The position numbers and the translations under genes were made by a program. The notes below the pieces were generated by a model. The model had not been told where the DNA came from. It saw only the letters and a list, made by a program, of their open reading frames with translations, and did not search any database. Below are positions 17,303-27,612 of a stretch of 28,797 nt of DNA, piece after piece. The DNA comes from Sulfurospirillum sp. (GTDB taxonomy: Bacteria > Campylobacterota > Campylobacteria > Campylobacterales > Sulfurospirillaceae): positions 1 to 28,797 of the forward strand of contig JASFYR010000031.1 of assembly GCA_045047115.1 (NCBI GenBank), written 5' to 3'. Numbering within the stretch: position 1 is the stretch's first letter; every line of letters starts with the position of its first letter.

Positions 17303-18376
17303 ATGATAACTCGCTATCCAACCAAAAAGATATTTGTCGGAGATGTTCCGATTGGCGGAGATGCGCCTATAAGTGTTCAGTCTATGACCTACTCGAAAAC
17401 CAGAGATGTCAACTCTACAGTTGAGCAGATCAAGAGATTGCATTTTGCAGGGTGCGATATAGTTCGTGTTGCAGTGCCGGACTATGAAGATGCTAGGGCT
17501 TTGAAGGCTATAAAAGAGCAGATAAAACTTCCTCTTGTGGCTGACATTCACTTTAACTATCGCTTAGCCCTTATAGCCTCCGAAGTTGTGGACTGTGTCC
17601 GTATAAATCCCGGGAATATTGGAGAAAAAAGCAGAGTTAAAGAGGTAGTGAAAGCTTGTGGGCAGAGAAATATACCTATACGCATAGGCGTAAACAGCGG
17701 CTCGTTGGAGGAGCAGTTTGACAACAAGTACGGCCCTACTCCAAAAGCCATGATAGAATCAGCCCTTTATAATATAAAATACCTTGAAGATTTGGGTTTT
17801 ACAGATATAAAGATTTCACTAAAAGCAAGCGATGTAGCCAGAACAGTAGAGGCATACAGGGCTCTTAGGCCTTTGGTTGAGTACCCTTTTCACTTAGGAG
17901 TTACGGAGGCAGGGACTCTGTTTCACTCCACTATAAAATCTTCTATGGCGCTTGGCACTCTTTTGCTCGAAGGTATCGGTGATACGATGAGAGTCTCTGT
18001 AACCGGAGAGTTGGAGAAGGAGATAAAAGTAGCAAAAGCGATTTTAAAAGACAGTGGAGTAGTAAAGAGCGGAGTAAATATCATCTCTTGTCCTACATGC
18101 GGTCGCATAGAGGCTAACCTAGTCGAAGCAGTAGCTGAAGTTGAAGAGAAATTAGCTCATATAAAAGTACCTTTGGATGTCTCTGTCATGGGATGTGTTG
18201 TAAATGCCATAGGCGAGGCAAAGCATGCTGATGTTGCTATAGCCTTTGGAAAAGGGCAGGGTTTGGTGATGAGAAAAGGGGAAGTGATAGCAAAACTCAA
18301 AGAGGAATTTTTAGTAGACAGATTTTTAAAAGAAGTTGATATTGCTGTTGCAGAGTATGAAAGAGAGTATAAGTAG
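17303..18376 (+). CDS. ispG: 4-hydroxy-3-methylbut-2-en-1-yl diphosphate synthase
   Basis: [48 protein letters not shown]. Start taken at ATG 17303, with TATAAT at 17267-17272. Confidence 0.97.
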   Translation: MITRYPTKKIFVGDVPIGGDAPISVQSMTYSKTRDVNSTVEQIKRLHFAGCDIVRVAVPDYEDARALKAIKEQIKLPLVADIHFNYRLALIASEVVDCVRINPGNIGEKSRVKEVVKACGQRNIPIRIGVNSGSLEEQFDNKYGPTPKAMIESALYNIKYLEDLGFTDIKISLKASDVARTVEAYRALRPLVEYPFHLGVTEAGTLFHSTIKSSMALGTLLLEGIGDTMRVSVTGELEKEIKVAKAILKDSGVVKSGVNIISCPTCGRIEANLVEAVAEVEEKLAHIKVPLDVSVMGCVVNAIGEAKHADVAIAFGKGQGLVMRKGEVIAKLKEEFLVDRFLKEVDIAVAEYEREYK

Positions 18377-20824
18377 ATGCAAAATTTACACAATATAAAT
18401 ATAGAACGATCAGTCCTCAGCTCTATCTTGTTTGAACCGGGTTCTTTTGAAGATATTGCCGCTACTTTGAAACCAAAAGATTTTTATCTCCCAAGTCACA
18501 AGTATATCTTTGAGGCGATGCTTGAATGCGAGAGAGAAGATCTGCCTATCGATGAAGAATTTATAAAAAAGAAACTAAATCAGGAAAATCGTTTTGATGA
18601 AGATGCTATGCTTGAGATACTCTCAACAAATCCTCTGCCTTCTACCAGAGCTTACATACAAGAAATACGGGAAAAAGCGATAAAAAGGGAGCTTGTAGAG
18701 CTGACCAGTGAGATAAAAGAGGTGGCTATTGAGAAGGATTTGCCCTCTGTAGAAGTGGTAGATTTGGTTCAACAAAAGTTATATCAAATCACTCAAGAGA
18801 ACGGTGCAAAGGAGTTTAGAGAAGCTCCTGAAATGACCAAGGCTACGCTTGGGCATATACTTGAGCTTAAAAAGAGAGGAAATCAAGTTGTAGTTGGGCT
18901 TGATACAGGCTTTTCAAAGTTAAATGAACTCACAACAGGTTTTGGAAAAGGTGATTTAGTCATAGTAGCTGCACGACCTGCGATGGGAAAATGTTTGGCA
19001 AAAGGCACAAAAGTGCTTATGTATGATGGTAGCTTAAAAAATGTAGAATCTGTAAAAGTTGGAGATCTTCTTATGGGAGATGATTCAACTCCTAGAAAAA
19101 TACTCTCACTAGCTCACGGAAGGGAGGAGATGTATTGGGTTAGACAAAACAAAGGTATAGATTATCGTGTCAATAAATCTCATATACTCTCTCTTAAGAG
19201 AAGTAGAAATGAATGGAAACATAAGCACGGTGATATTCTAAATATATCGGTTGAAGAGTATATAAAGAAATCTAAAAAATTCAAATCGAACTATAAAGGA
19301 TACAAGGTTCCCGTTAAGTTTATGGAGAAAAAATTGACCATAGAGCCTTATTTTATGGGTTTGTGGCTGGGTGATGGCAGGAAATCCGATGTCAGGATAA
19401 CAACTAAAGACAAAGAGGTTATAAAGTATCTTGGAGAATATGCAAAAAGATTAAACTTGATGCTTGTTGAATCAAAAAAAAGTAAAAAATGTACGATGTA
19501 TGCGATCAGTAGCGGGCAAGCAGGAGGCAAGAAGGAGAATCCAAGCTTGCAAGCTAAGATTAGAAGATTGGGATTGATTGATAACAAACATATACCCAGA
19601 GACTATCTTATAAATTCAACACAAAATAGACTGGAACTTTTGGCGGGATTGATAGATAGCGATGGGTATTATGATAAAAATTGCAATGGATTTGAGATTA
19701 CCCAAAAGGATTTTAATCTTGCAAGAGATATAAAATTTTTAGCTGATTCCTTGGGTTTTAGAACATCATTGATAAGCAAAATGGCAAAGATTAAGAGTAT
19801 TAATTTTGAGTGTGAAGTGTATCGTGTAAGAATTTTTGGAGATATAGACAGAGTTCCTATAAAAATAAAGAGAAAAAAAGCCAAGGCTTGGAGCGTAAAA
19901 AGAAATTGGAATCAAACAGGAATAAATGTAAAATTTGATAAGATAGATGAATATTTTGGTTTTGAGATTGATGGAAATAGCCTTTTTCTGTTAGAAGATA
20001 TGACAGTTACTCACAATACGGCTTTTTGTCTAAATTTGGCTCAAAATGCGATTGATGATGGTAAGGGTGTGGCTATATTTTCGCTAGAGATGCCAGCAGA
20101 ACAGTTGATGCTCAGAATGTTTAGTTCAAAAACTGCCATACCGCTACAAAAGATAAGGCGAGGCGATTTGAGTGATGATGAGTGGGCAAGGCTTTCAAGT
20201 GCGGCAGATGAGATGTCAGGAAAGAGTTTTTTTGTGGATGATAACGGAAATGTGGATATACACAAAATCCGCTCCAAACTAAGAAAGCTAAAGACAAATC
20301 ATCCGGAAATCGGGCTTTGTGTTATAGATTATCTACAACTCATGAATGGAAGTGGAAACAAAGACAGACACCTTGAAGTGAGTGATATGAGTAGAGGATT
20401 AAAACTTTTAGCAAGAGAATTGGAGATGCCGATAGTTGCACTTTCGCAGTTAAACAGGGGTTTGGAGAGCAGAGGTGATAAGCGACCGATGCTAAGCGAC
20501 CTTAGAGAATCAGGCGCTATAGAACAAGATGCCGATATCATACTTTTTGTATATCGTGACGATGTGTATAGAGTGAGAGAAGAGAAAGAGAAAGAGCAAA
20601 AAGCAAGAGTTGAGGGTAAAGAGTATAAGAGTAATTTCTTTGAAAAACCCGAAGAGGATGCAGAGATAATCATAGGAAAAAATAGAAACGGACCAATCGG
20701 TGTGGCAAATATGATTTTCCAGAAAAATATCACAAAATTCATAGATGCCGGAGGAGTTCCTATAGAGATTGTATACAAAGATACAGATAAAAAAGAGGCC
20801 AAAATCTCGATGCCTACTATATAA
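18377..20824 (+). CDS. dnaB: Replicative DNA helicase with an in-frame intein (815-aa precursor, about 473 aa after splicing)
   Basis: AARPAMGK[intein]TAF, FSLEM, IDYLQL, LSQLNR, SDLRESGAIEQDAD, KNRNGP. Confidence 0.98.
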   Translation: MQNLHNINIERSVLSSILFEPGSFEDIAATLKPKDFYLPSHKYIFEAMLECEREDLPIDEEFIKKKLNQENRFDEDAMLEILSTNPLPSTRAYIQEIREKAIKRELVELTSEIKEVAIEKDLPSVEVVDLVQQKLYQITQENGAKEFREAPEMTKATLGHILELKKRGNQVVVGLDTGFSKLNELTTGFGKGDLVIVAARPAMGKCLAKGTKVLMYDGSLKNVESVKVGDLLMGDDSTPRKILSLAHGREEMYWVRQNKGIDYRVNKSHILSLKRSRNEWKHKHGDILNISVEEYIKKSKKFKSNYKGYKVPVKFMEKKLTIEPYFMGLWLGDGRKSDVRITTKDKEVIKYLGEYAKRLNLMLVESKKSKKCTMYAISSGQAGGKKENPSLQAKIRRLGLIDNKHIPRDYLINSTQNRLELLAGLIDSDGYYDKNCNGFEITQKDFNLARDIKFLADSLGFRTSLISKMAKIKSINFECEVYRVRIFGDIDRVPIKIKRKKAKAWSVKRNWNQTGINVKFDKIDEYFGFEIDGNSLFLLEDMTVTHNTAFCLNLAQNAIDDGKGVAIFSLEMPAEQLMLRMFSSKTAIPLQKIRRGDLSDDEWARLSSAADEMSGKSFFVDDNGNVDIHKIRSKLRKLKTNHPEIGLCVIDYLQLMNGSGNKDRHLEVSDMSRGLKLLARELEMPIVALSQLNRGLESRGDKRPMLSDLRESGAIEQDADIILFVYRDDVYRVREEKEKEQKARVEGKEYKSNFFEKPEEDAEIIIGKNRNGPIGVANMIFQKNITKFIDAGGVPIEIVYKDTDKKEAKISMPTI
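18992..20017 (+). mobile_element. Intein (342 aa) with LAGLIDADG homing endonuclease
   Basis: Starts CLAKGT, block B NKSHIL, LAGLIDADG motifs YFMGLWLGDG and LLAGLIDSDG, ends TVTHN followed by +1 Thr. Confidence 0.96.
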
Positions 20825-20826
20825 TC

Positions 20827-22077
20827 GTGGAAGCAGCTCCTCTTTTTGTTACCAAAAAAGAGATGTTTTACAGTGGAGTTGTTCTGTTTTTGTTCTTTTG
20901 TCTGTCTTTGGGGTGGCAGTTTTATGGTTATAAAACTATAGTTTCAAAGCCTTTCCATGTAGAGGCTGCAAAAGTTGTTAATCATTATCAAAAACATAAG
21001 TCAAACGGCAGAGTTTATGATGTCTTTAAACTCAAAAGTGACAGTGGATATACTTTTTATACAGTTAGCTGGAAGAAGAGAGATATAGGTATAAACTCAA
21101 GAGTATTGGTAAAATTCAAAACAGATAAAATCACCTTTTTAAACTATCTGAAAAACTTTTTTGCTGTAAATTTATATATAAAAGGTATAGATACCAAGTC
21201 TGATAACTACCTGGATAAAGCAGAGTTATATATAAGAAATCAGCACCAAGCACCAGGATTAAAAGAGATATTTTCCGCCCTGTTTTTTGCAAGTACTATT
21301 TCAAAGAAAACAAGAGAAAAAATTCAAAAACTAGGTATTTCTCATCTCGTGGCGATTAGTGGCTTTCATCTGGGACTTATCAGTGGGATATTGTATCTTT
21401 TGCTGGGTTTTATTTATAGATTTTTTCAGGACAGATATTTTCCATATCGCAATATAAAGGCTGATTTGTCGATTGTTGTCTTTTCACTCCTGTTTTTTTA
21501 TATGTATATTATAGATTTTTCACCATCTTTTTTACGCTCTTTTGTCCTCTCTCTTTTTGGATTTTTTCTATTTAGCCGGCATATAAAAATCATCTCTTTT
21601 GCTACGCTTCTTTTAAGCGTGAGTTTTATACTGGTTCTGTTTCCAAAGCTGCTCTTTTCTATCTCTTTTTGGTTCTCCGTTAGTGGAGTCTTTTATATAT
21701 TTCTATTTTTGAAGCATTTTTCAAATTTTAAGAGAGTTTGGATATTTGTATTTATAAATTTTTGGGTTTTTGCTTTGATGATGCCTGTGGTACATTTTGT
21801 TTTTCCGGTTTTTACACCACTTCAGCTTTATTCGCCGTTTTTGAGTATGGCTTTTGTGCTTTTTTATCCGATTGAGCTTTTTCTGCATCTTGTAAAACAC
21901 GGAGGACTGCTAGATGTTTGGATAGAAAAGCTGTTAAATTTAAAGACTACTTTTTATGAAATTCATACACCGCTTTGGTTTTTAGTCTCTTTTTTAACTT
22001 TGAGTTTTGCCAGTATCTTCAACAGGTGGCTGGCTCTCTTGCTTTTTTTGTTCTCTTTTTCCATATACTTCATTTAA
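20827..22077 (+). CDS. comEC: ComEC/Rec2 family competence protein
   Basis: LGISHLVAISGFHLG, PSFLRS and SISFWFS motifs in a multi-TM protein. GTG start. Confidence 0.9.
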   Translation: MEAAPLFVTKKEMFYSGVVLFLFFCLSLGWQFYGYKTIVSKPFHVEAAKVVNHYQKHKSNGRVYDVFKLKSDSGYTFYTVSWKKRDIGINSRVLVKFKTDKITFLNYLKNFFAVNLYIKGIDTKSDNYLDKAELYIRNQHQAPGLKEIFSALFFASTISKKTREKIQKLGISHLVAISGFHLGLISGILYLLLGFIYRFFQDRYFPYRNIKADLSIVVFSLLFFYMYIIDFSPSFLRSFVLSLFGFFLFSRHIKIISFATLLLSVSFILVLFPKLLFSISFWFSVSGVFYIFLFLKHFSNFKRVWIFVFINFWVFALMMPVVHFVFPVFTPLQLYSPFLSMAFVLFYPIELFLHLVKHGGLLDVWIEKLLNLKTTFYEIHTPLWFLVSFLTLSFASIFNRWLALLLFLFSFSIYFI

Positions 22078-22842
22078 GACAAAATATAACTTTATACCAT
22101 AAAGATATATAAGCCATGAAAAGTATATCCATAAAAAGAAAAACATGGCTATGCTAAAAGAGCCGTAAATACTCTCGTAAGTCTTGCTATAAGAGACATA
22201 AAAAACAAAGAGCGTTTTTGAGATATACCATGTCAAAGAAGCTATAAAAGAGGCTATGAGAGCTAGTATTTTATTGATTTTAGTATTTGCGGAGATAATA
22301 TAAAGTATAAAAAACAACATCCAAATAATAAAATAAGGAAGAAGGAGATAGATATTGAAAGAGTCTGAGTGTAGGCTTCTTTCGAGAAATTTTTGTGTGA
22401 TTTGGGAAAAGTAAAAAGAGAATGCGAGACCTAAAGGCATAAGAGTAAGCATCGTCCAGTAAGTAGAGAGTGACTCCCAAATACTCCTGGCGGGTACTTT
22501 AAATATAGAGCTTACTATCTTTTCATAGTCAAAAAAGAACATGATAGAGACATATAGTACAAATATCAATCCCACTATCCCCATATTGCCGGTATTTGTC
22601 ATAAATTTTGTCAGATATCCACTGATCACATCTTGTTGGGTTGGAATCATGGAGCTAAATATAAAGTCCTGAATCTTTGTGTAATACTCTTTAAAGCTTG
22701 GCATTTTGGTGAAGATACTAAAACTTATGAGAAGTATGGGTATAAGAGATAAAATAGTGTGAAAACTAAGGGATGAAGCATAATGGGCTATATCTTTATC
22801 TTTCATTCTCCTAGCGACTAGCAAGAGCTTTTTGAAGTCCAC
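21994..22842 (-). CDS. YihY/BrkB family inner membrane protein
   Basis: ASSLSFHTILSLIP, YWTMLTLMP, YESIYGSFS...LWIYFSW. Confidence 0.9.
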   Translation of the reverse strand: MDFKKLLLVARRMKDKDIAHYASSLSFHTILSLIPILLISFSIFTKMPSFKEYYTKIQDFIFSSMIPTQQDVISGYLTKFMTNTGNMGIVGLIFVLYVSIMFFFDYEKIVSSIFKVPARSIWESLSTYWTMLTLMPLGLAFSFYFSQITQKFLERSLHSDSFNIYLLLPYFIIWMLFFILYIISANTKINKILALIASFIASLTWYISKTLFVFYVSYSKTYESIYGSFSIAMFFFLWIYFSWLIYLYGIKLYFVLNEVYGKREQKKQESQPPVEDTGKTQS

Positions 22843-24221
22843 TATAATCCCATTTTTCCTGGATTTAGAATATTGTTCGGATCAAATGCTTTTTTTATAG
22901 AGTGAAATAGATTCATCTCCGCCTCACTAAAGGCTAGATTCATAAAAGGTGCTTTACTCAGTCCTATGCCGTGTTCGCCACTAAGAGTTCCACCTAGCTT
23001 TATGGTAGATTTAAAAACCTCTACTATGGCTCTGTGCCCAGCTTCCATCTGCTCTTTGTTACTTTTGTCAACCATAACATTTACATGTACATTTCCATCG
23101 CCTGTATGTCCAAAACATGGGATTTTTACATCAAACTCTTTTGAGATTTTATCTATCTCATTTAGCATATCAGGAAGTTTGCTTCGTGGGACTGTTATGT
23201 CCTCGTTTAGTTTTTTACTTCCATACATCGTGATACTTTGACTTGCATTTCTTCTGGCAAACCACAAGTCATTTCCCTCTTTTGCATCTTTTGCAATTTT
23301 GAAATTATTACAACCGTTTTCTTCAAAACTTTTTTGTATAATTTGCATCTGATTTTCAAGTTCAATTTCCAAGTTGCCATCAACCGTTGTGATGAGAATC
23401 GCTCCTGCTTCATTTGGCAAGCCTTTGTTGAACTTTTTTTCAACGGCTCTTATGCTGAGATTATCCAAAAACTCCATAGCTACGGGTGTTACTCCTGATG
23501 CCATAGTTTTGAAAACCGCTTCCATCGCCTTTTGCACACTTGGAAATACTCCCATAGCACTTCTTGAGAGCTTTGGTTTTGCCAAAAGTTTGAGTGTGAT
23601 TTCCGTAATGACTCCAAGTGTGCCTTCGCTTGCTATTAAGATTCCGGCTATATTGTAGCCTGCGACATCTTTTATAGTTCTTTTTCCAGCTCGTATGACT
23701 TCTCCACTAGGCAAAACCGCTCTTAATGCCATTACAAAATCTTTGGTTATGCCGTATTTTGCTGCTCTCATGCCGCCGGCATTTTCGCTGACATTTCCAC
23801 CAAGGGTAGAGTAGTCTTGGCTGGCAGGATCGGGAGGATAGAAGAGTCCTTTTGCCTCAACTGCCCTTTGGAGATCCATATTTATGACTCCTGGCTGAAC
23901 GACTGCTACGAGGTTTTCCATATCGATCTCCAGGATTTTGTTCATATGCTTTTCAAGTGCCAGGACAATCCCGCCCTTTGCAGGAAGTGCACCACCTGTG
24001 AAACCACTGCCTGCCCCTCTTGGTGTTATGATGATTTTATGCTTATTACAATACTCTAAAATCTTGCTTACATCATTTTCGTTTTTAGGAAATACGACGG
24101 CATCTGGTTCAAAGTGAGAACGAGTGGCATCATAAGAGTAGGCTATGAGATGTGCTTTGTCATCATAAACATTTTTATCTCCCACTACACTTTTAAAAAA
24201 CTCAATATGAAGAGTTTTCAT
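22842..24221 (-). CDS. glcD: FAD-linked oxidase, glycolate oxidase GlcD / D-lactate dehydrogenase family
   Basis: PRGAGSGFTGG, YPPDPAS, ENAGG, SEGTLG, GHTGDGNVH, SGEHGIG, DPNNILNPGK. Confidence 0.88.
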   Translation of the reverse strand: MKTLHIEFFKSVVGDKNVYDDKAHLIAYSYDATRSHFEPDAVVFPKNENDVSKILEYCNKHKIIITPRGAGSGFTGGALPAKGGIVLALEKHMNKILEIDMENLVAVVQPGVINMDLQRAVEAKGLFYPPDPASQDYSTLGGNVSENAGGMRAAKYGITKDFVMALRAVLPSGEVIRAGKRTIKDVAGYNIAGILIASEGTLGVITEITLKLLAKPKLSRSAMGVFPSVQKAMEAVFKTMASGVTPVAMEFLDNLSIRAVEKKFNKGLPNEAGAILITTVDGNLEIELENQMQIIQKSFEENGCNNFKIAKDAKEGNDLWFARRNASQSITMYGSKKLNEDITVPRSKLPDMLNEIDKISKEFDVKIPCFGHTGDGNVHVNVMVDKSNKEQMEAGHRAIVEVFKSTIKLGGTLSGEHGIGLSKAPFMNLAFSEAEMNLFHSIKKAFDPNNILNPGKMGL

Positions 24222-24931
24222 CTGTTTATCAGCCTTTTATAGTAGTTTGAGTATGAGTCCATCTTTTTTGAGCTAAAGCTTAACCACGAAGTATCTATAC
24301 CCTTAACTCTTGTGTAAAACGGCAACTGTGCTGTTCTTACTTTTCCGCTTTTTAGTTTTTTGACTACTTTGAAATTGTTACAGTCAACAAAAACAGCTTC
24401 ATTATTTAGTGCAAAAAAGATCAAAGAAGCTACATTTTGTCTGCACATAGTTTGAAATATCTTTCTATCCGGATTTGGTCGATACTGTTTTGCAAGATAT
24501 GCTCCCATGATATCCGGATGCACCCATGTTATATTTTTGAAGCGTTTTGTTATTTCTTTGTAAGTTTTATAGTTTGGAGCGACTATTAAGGCTCTGTCGT
24601 AGAGATAATTCAAGATAACCGTATCACCAACTTTGGGAGTGATACCCGGAATTGGAAGAGCAATTTGTTTGAGTGCTCTGTATGTGTGAAATTTTAGGGT
24701 TGCCTTATCTCCGGATCTGTTTATGACATCTACTCTTGCTATGATACTGGATGTATTGTCTCCAAATTTGTGGATAACGATACCGCTTGAGCCAACTACT
24801 ATGTCTTTTGAGTTTTTAATAGTTGCCCGATCCCCATTTATAGCTAAGATATTGGTTTTAAAATCCTTATACAGCCCGTTGGCATTTAATGCACAAATCA
24901 AAATAGAAAAGATAAATATCGCTTTTCTCAA
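24218..24931 (-). CDS. Exported protein with a plasminogen-binding protein PgbA N-terminal-like domain
   Basis: Signal peptide, VGSSGIVIH, Q.ALP.P...PKVGD.VILNYLYDRALIVAPN, DC..F and PFYTRV, recalled as PGBA_N-like. Confidence 0.75.
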   Translation of the reverse strand: MRKAIFIFSILICALNANGLYKDFKTNILAINGDRATIKNSKDIVVGSSGIVIHKFGDNTSSIIARVDVINRSGDKATLKFHTYRALKQIALPIPGITPKVGDTVILNYLYDRALIVAPNYKTYKEITKRFKNITWVHPDIMGAYLAKQYRPNPDRKIFQTMCRQNVASLIFFALNNEAVFVDCNNFKVVKKLKSGKVRTAQLPFYTRVKGIDTSWLSFSSKKMDSYSNYYKRLINR

Positions 24932-25019
24932 TGGAACTCCTTTTGCTTTAATTAGTTACCCAGTAGAGTAATAACGAGATTATACTATAACTGTTTTAAA
25001 GCAGACCTTACTTACTGTT

Positions 25020-25028
25020 TGCTATAAT
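25020..25028 (+). promoter_or_regulatory. Extended -10 promoter (TGcTATAAT) of the M23 peptidase-mgtE operon
   Basis: Perfect TGnTATAAT 30 bp upstream of the TTG start. Confidence 0.6.
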
Positions 25029-25057
25029 TCAGAACATACTTAATAATAGGAATTTAA

Positions 25058-26242
25058 TTGAGAAGAATATTTATTTTTATTTTGGTGCTACTCACTTATG
25101 TCAGTGGTGCTTACTTAGAGGTTGAGAGATGGAAAAGTGGTGAGACCTTTTTGGACTTTCTAAAGAGAAGCAAACTGCCACAGAGTATATACTACAATTT
25201 AGATGTAGGAGATAAAGAGCTTGCTACTGAAATTATCACAGGCGTTAAATATCAAATATTAAGAGATGACAATAAAACTATAGAGCAGGTTTTGATTCCG
25301 ATTGGTGAAGAGTTGCAACTGCATATCAAAAGAGTGGACGGAAACTATACGCTTACTACAACACCTATCATTTATGAAGAGAAGCAGGAAAAGCTTAGTA
25401 TTCCTATCCTTAAGTCACCATATCAGGATATCATAGATGCAACAAAAAACTATCTTTTGGCTTATCAGTTTATCCAATCATATAAAAAGAGCGTAAATTT
25501 TAAAAGGATAAGAAAAGGGGATAGGCTGGTTATATTTTACAAGCAAAAAACAAGGCTTGGAAAACAGTTTGGCTCGCCTCAGATTGAAGCATCCATGGTC
25601 GAAGTTCATGGTAAAAAACATTTCGTATTTTTATTTAATAAAGGCAGATACTACAATGCAAACGGGAAAGAGGTCGAGGGATTTTTCTTGTCGCTTCCTG
25701 TGAGATATACAAGGATATCAGATCGTTTTACATATAAAAGATGGCATCCAATTCTGCATAGATACAGAGCTCATCTAGGCATCGACTATGCAGCACCCAG
25801 AGGCACTCCTGTGAAGGCTGCAAGAGCTGGAAAGATTATCTTTGCCGGCAGAAAAGGCGGCTATGGAAATGTAATCATAATTAGACATGAGGGAGCATAT
25901 AAGACGCTGTATGGCCATCTTAGAAATTTTAGAAGAGGCATAAGACGGGGAAAATATGTAAAAAAAGGACAAGTTATAGCCTATGTCGGAAGCACTGGGC
26001 TGAGTACGGGACCGCATCTTCATTTTGGACTATACCGAGGGTCAAAAGCTATAAATCCTGCAAATTCAGTACATGTAACGAAAAGTATCTTAAGGGGTAA
26101 AAAGAGAAAAGAGTTTTTAAAGTTGACAAGCAGATATAAAAAAGAGATACAAGTAGCATTGAAAAATAATTTAGAGCCTAAAATTGAGCAAGATTTTAAG
26201 TATGTGTTGAGCCTAAAATCAAAAAACAGTTTTATGGAATAA
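25058..26242 (+). CDS. M23 family peptidoglycan DD-metalloendopeptidase (Csd3/MepM-like)
   Basis: HLGIDY (HxxxD), TLYGHL, GSTGLSTGPHLHFG (HxH) and an N-terminal signal or anchor. Confidence 0.93.
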   Translation: MRRIFIFILVLLTYVSGAYLEVERWKSGETFLDFLKRSKLPQSIYYNLDVGDKELATEIITGVKYQILRDDNKTIEQVLIPIGEELQLHIKRVDGNYTLTTTPIIYEEKQEKLSIPILKSPYQDIIDATKNYLLAYQFIQSYKKSVNFKRIRKGDRLVIFYKQKTRLGKQFGSPQIEASMVEVHGKKHFVFLFNKGRYYNANGKEVEGFFLSLPVRYTRISDRFTYKRWHPILHRYRAHLGIDYAAPRGTPVKAARAGKIIFAGRKGGYGNVIIIRHEGAYKTLYGHLRNFRRGIRRGKYVKKGQVIAYVGSTGLSTGPHLHFGLYRGSKAINPANSVHVTKSILRGKKRKEFLKLTSRYKKEIQVALKNNLEPKIEQDFKYVLSLKSKNSFME

Positions 26243-27612
26243 TGATGTCCTTTAGCAAAGATGTACAAGAGAGTATCGATTTTATAGAAGATTTTATCTC
26301 GCAGAAACTAGATATCGAGACATCAGCAACTGAAATTGCCAAAAAACTAAAGATAATCAGGCAAGAAGATGAAGGAAAATTTCTTGAATTTTTAAAACAA
26401 CTGCCAAATGATATCTTTGGGGAAGTTGTGCTTGAGCTTCCGGATTATTATATCAAGGATATAGTTCAAAATGTTTCAGGAGAACAGCTAAAAGAGGCTA
26501 TAGAAGAGCTTGAAAGTGATGATGCAACTGATCTTATGCAAGATATAGAAGAGGTTGACAGCGCTAAGGCTGAAGAGATTTTAGAGACTCTTGATACTGA
26601 GGATCAAGAGGATATAAAGAGACTCAGGCGTTATGATGAGACTCAGGCCGGCGCATATATGCAGACCGAGGTTTTTAAGGCTTTTTATGATGAAAAGATC
26701 AAAGGTGCACTTGCAAGATTGCGAGAAGATAAATCAAAAGGTGAATTGGAAAACATACACCATCTCTTTATCGTTGATTCTCTTGGGCGACTTATGTTTT
26801 CTATCAGTTTGGAAGATTTGATACTTTTTGATTTTAGCAAAACATTTAAAGAAGAGATAGAAAATACAGAAGATAAATTTCAACCAAAATATGTCAAAGA
26901 TGATGAAAATATAGAAGATGTAGTTCACATTTTTGAGGATTATGATCTTGCTACACTGCCTGTGGTTGATTATAACAATAAACTTTTGGGTAGGATCACT
27001 GCTGATGATATTCACGACATCATCCAAGAGAGTGCGACTGAGCAGATATATGGTTTGGCTGGGGTTGACGAGGAGGCGGAGCACGATGAGAGTATAGCAG
27101 AGGCAGGAAAATCCCGTGCATCTTGGCTTTTTATAAATCTAATCACTGCTCTTTTGGCTTCACTCGTGATTGGTTTGTTTGATCATACCATCCAATCCTA
27201 TATTGCTTTGGCAGTTCTTATGCCTATAGTCGCATCCATGGGAGGCAATGCCGGAACGCAAACTCTGACTATCATGGTTCGCCAACTCGCACTTGGTGAG
27301 GTTGACTTTAAAAATGCAAAAGATGCCATCAAAAAAGAGATCATACTCTCTTTTGCAAATGGATTGATATTTGGTGCTCTGATGGGTTTGGTAGCATTTT
27401 TATGGTTTCAAGATATAAAGCTTGGTCTGGTGATTTCATCATCTATGCTTATAAACCTTCTTAGCGCCGGTTTAACAGGTGCAACAATACCTCTTTTACT
27501 TAAAAAACTAGGTATTGACCCCGCTGTAGGAAGTACGGTTTTACTTACAACTGTGACGGATATTGTGGGATTTTTTAGCTTTTTAGGTCTTGCGACTTTG
27601 GTTTTATTATGA
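26242..27612 (+). CDS. mgtE: Magnesium transporter
   Basis: Acidic N-domain, CBS pair (AGAYM..., LPVVD...GRITADD), GGNAGTQT and DPAVGS...TTVTD. Confidence 0.96.
   Translation: MMSFSKDVQESIDFIEDFISQKLDIETSATEIAKKLKIIRQEDEGKFLEFLKQLPNDIFGEVVLELPDYYIKDIVQNVSGEQLKEAIEELESDDATDLMQDIEEVDSAKAEEILETLDTEDQEDIKRLRRYDETQAGAYMQTEVFKAFYDEKIKGALARLREDKSKGELENIHHLFIVDSLGRLMFSISLEDLILFDFSKTFKEEIENTEDKFQPKYVKDDENIEDVVHIFEDYDLATLPVVDYNNKLLGRITADDIHDIIQESATEQIYGLAGVDEEAEHDESIAEAGKSRASWLFINLITALLASLVIGLFDHTIQSYIALAVLMPIVASMGGNAGTQTLTIMVRQLALGEVDFKNAKDAIKKEIILSFANGLIFGALMGLVAFLWFQDIKLGLVISSSMLINLLSAGLTGATIPLLLKKLGIDPAVGSTVLLTTVTDIVGFFSFLGLATLVLL

Noticed and set aside
20827..22077. comEC as a truncated pseudogene (no C-terminal beta-lactamase-like domain)
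   Set aside because: The frame is intact, and ComEC proteins of this short length are normal in Campylobacterota.
496..27084. Many 60-160 aa ORFs antisense to or out of frame within the main genes (e.g. 10069-10515, 13413-13736, 20329-20802, 26734-27084)
   Set aside because: They overlap well-supported genes, have no recognisable motifs and look like shadow ORFs.
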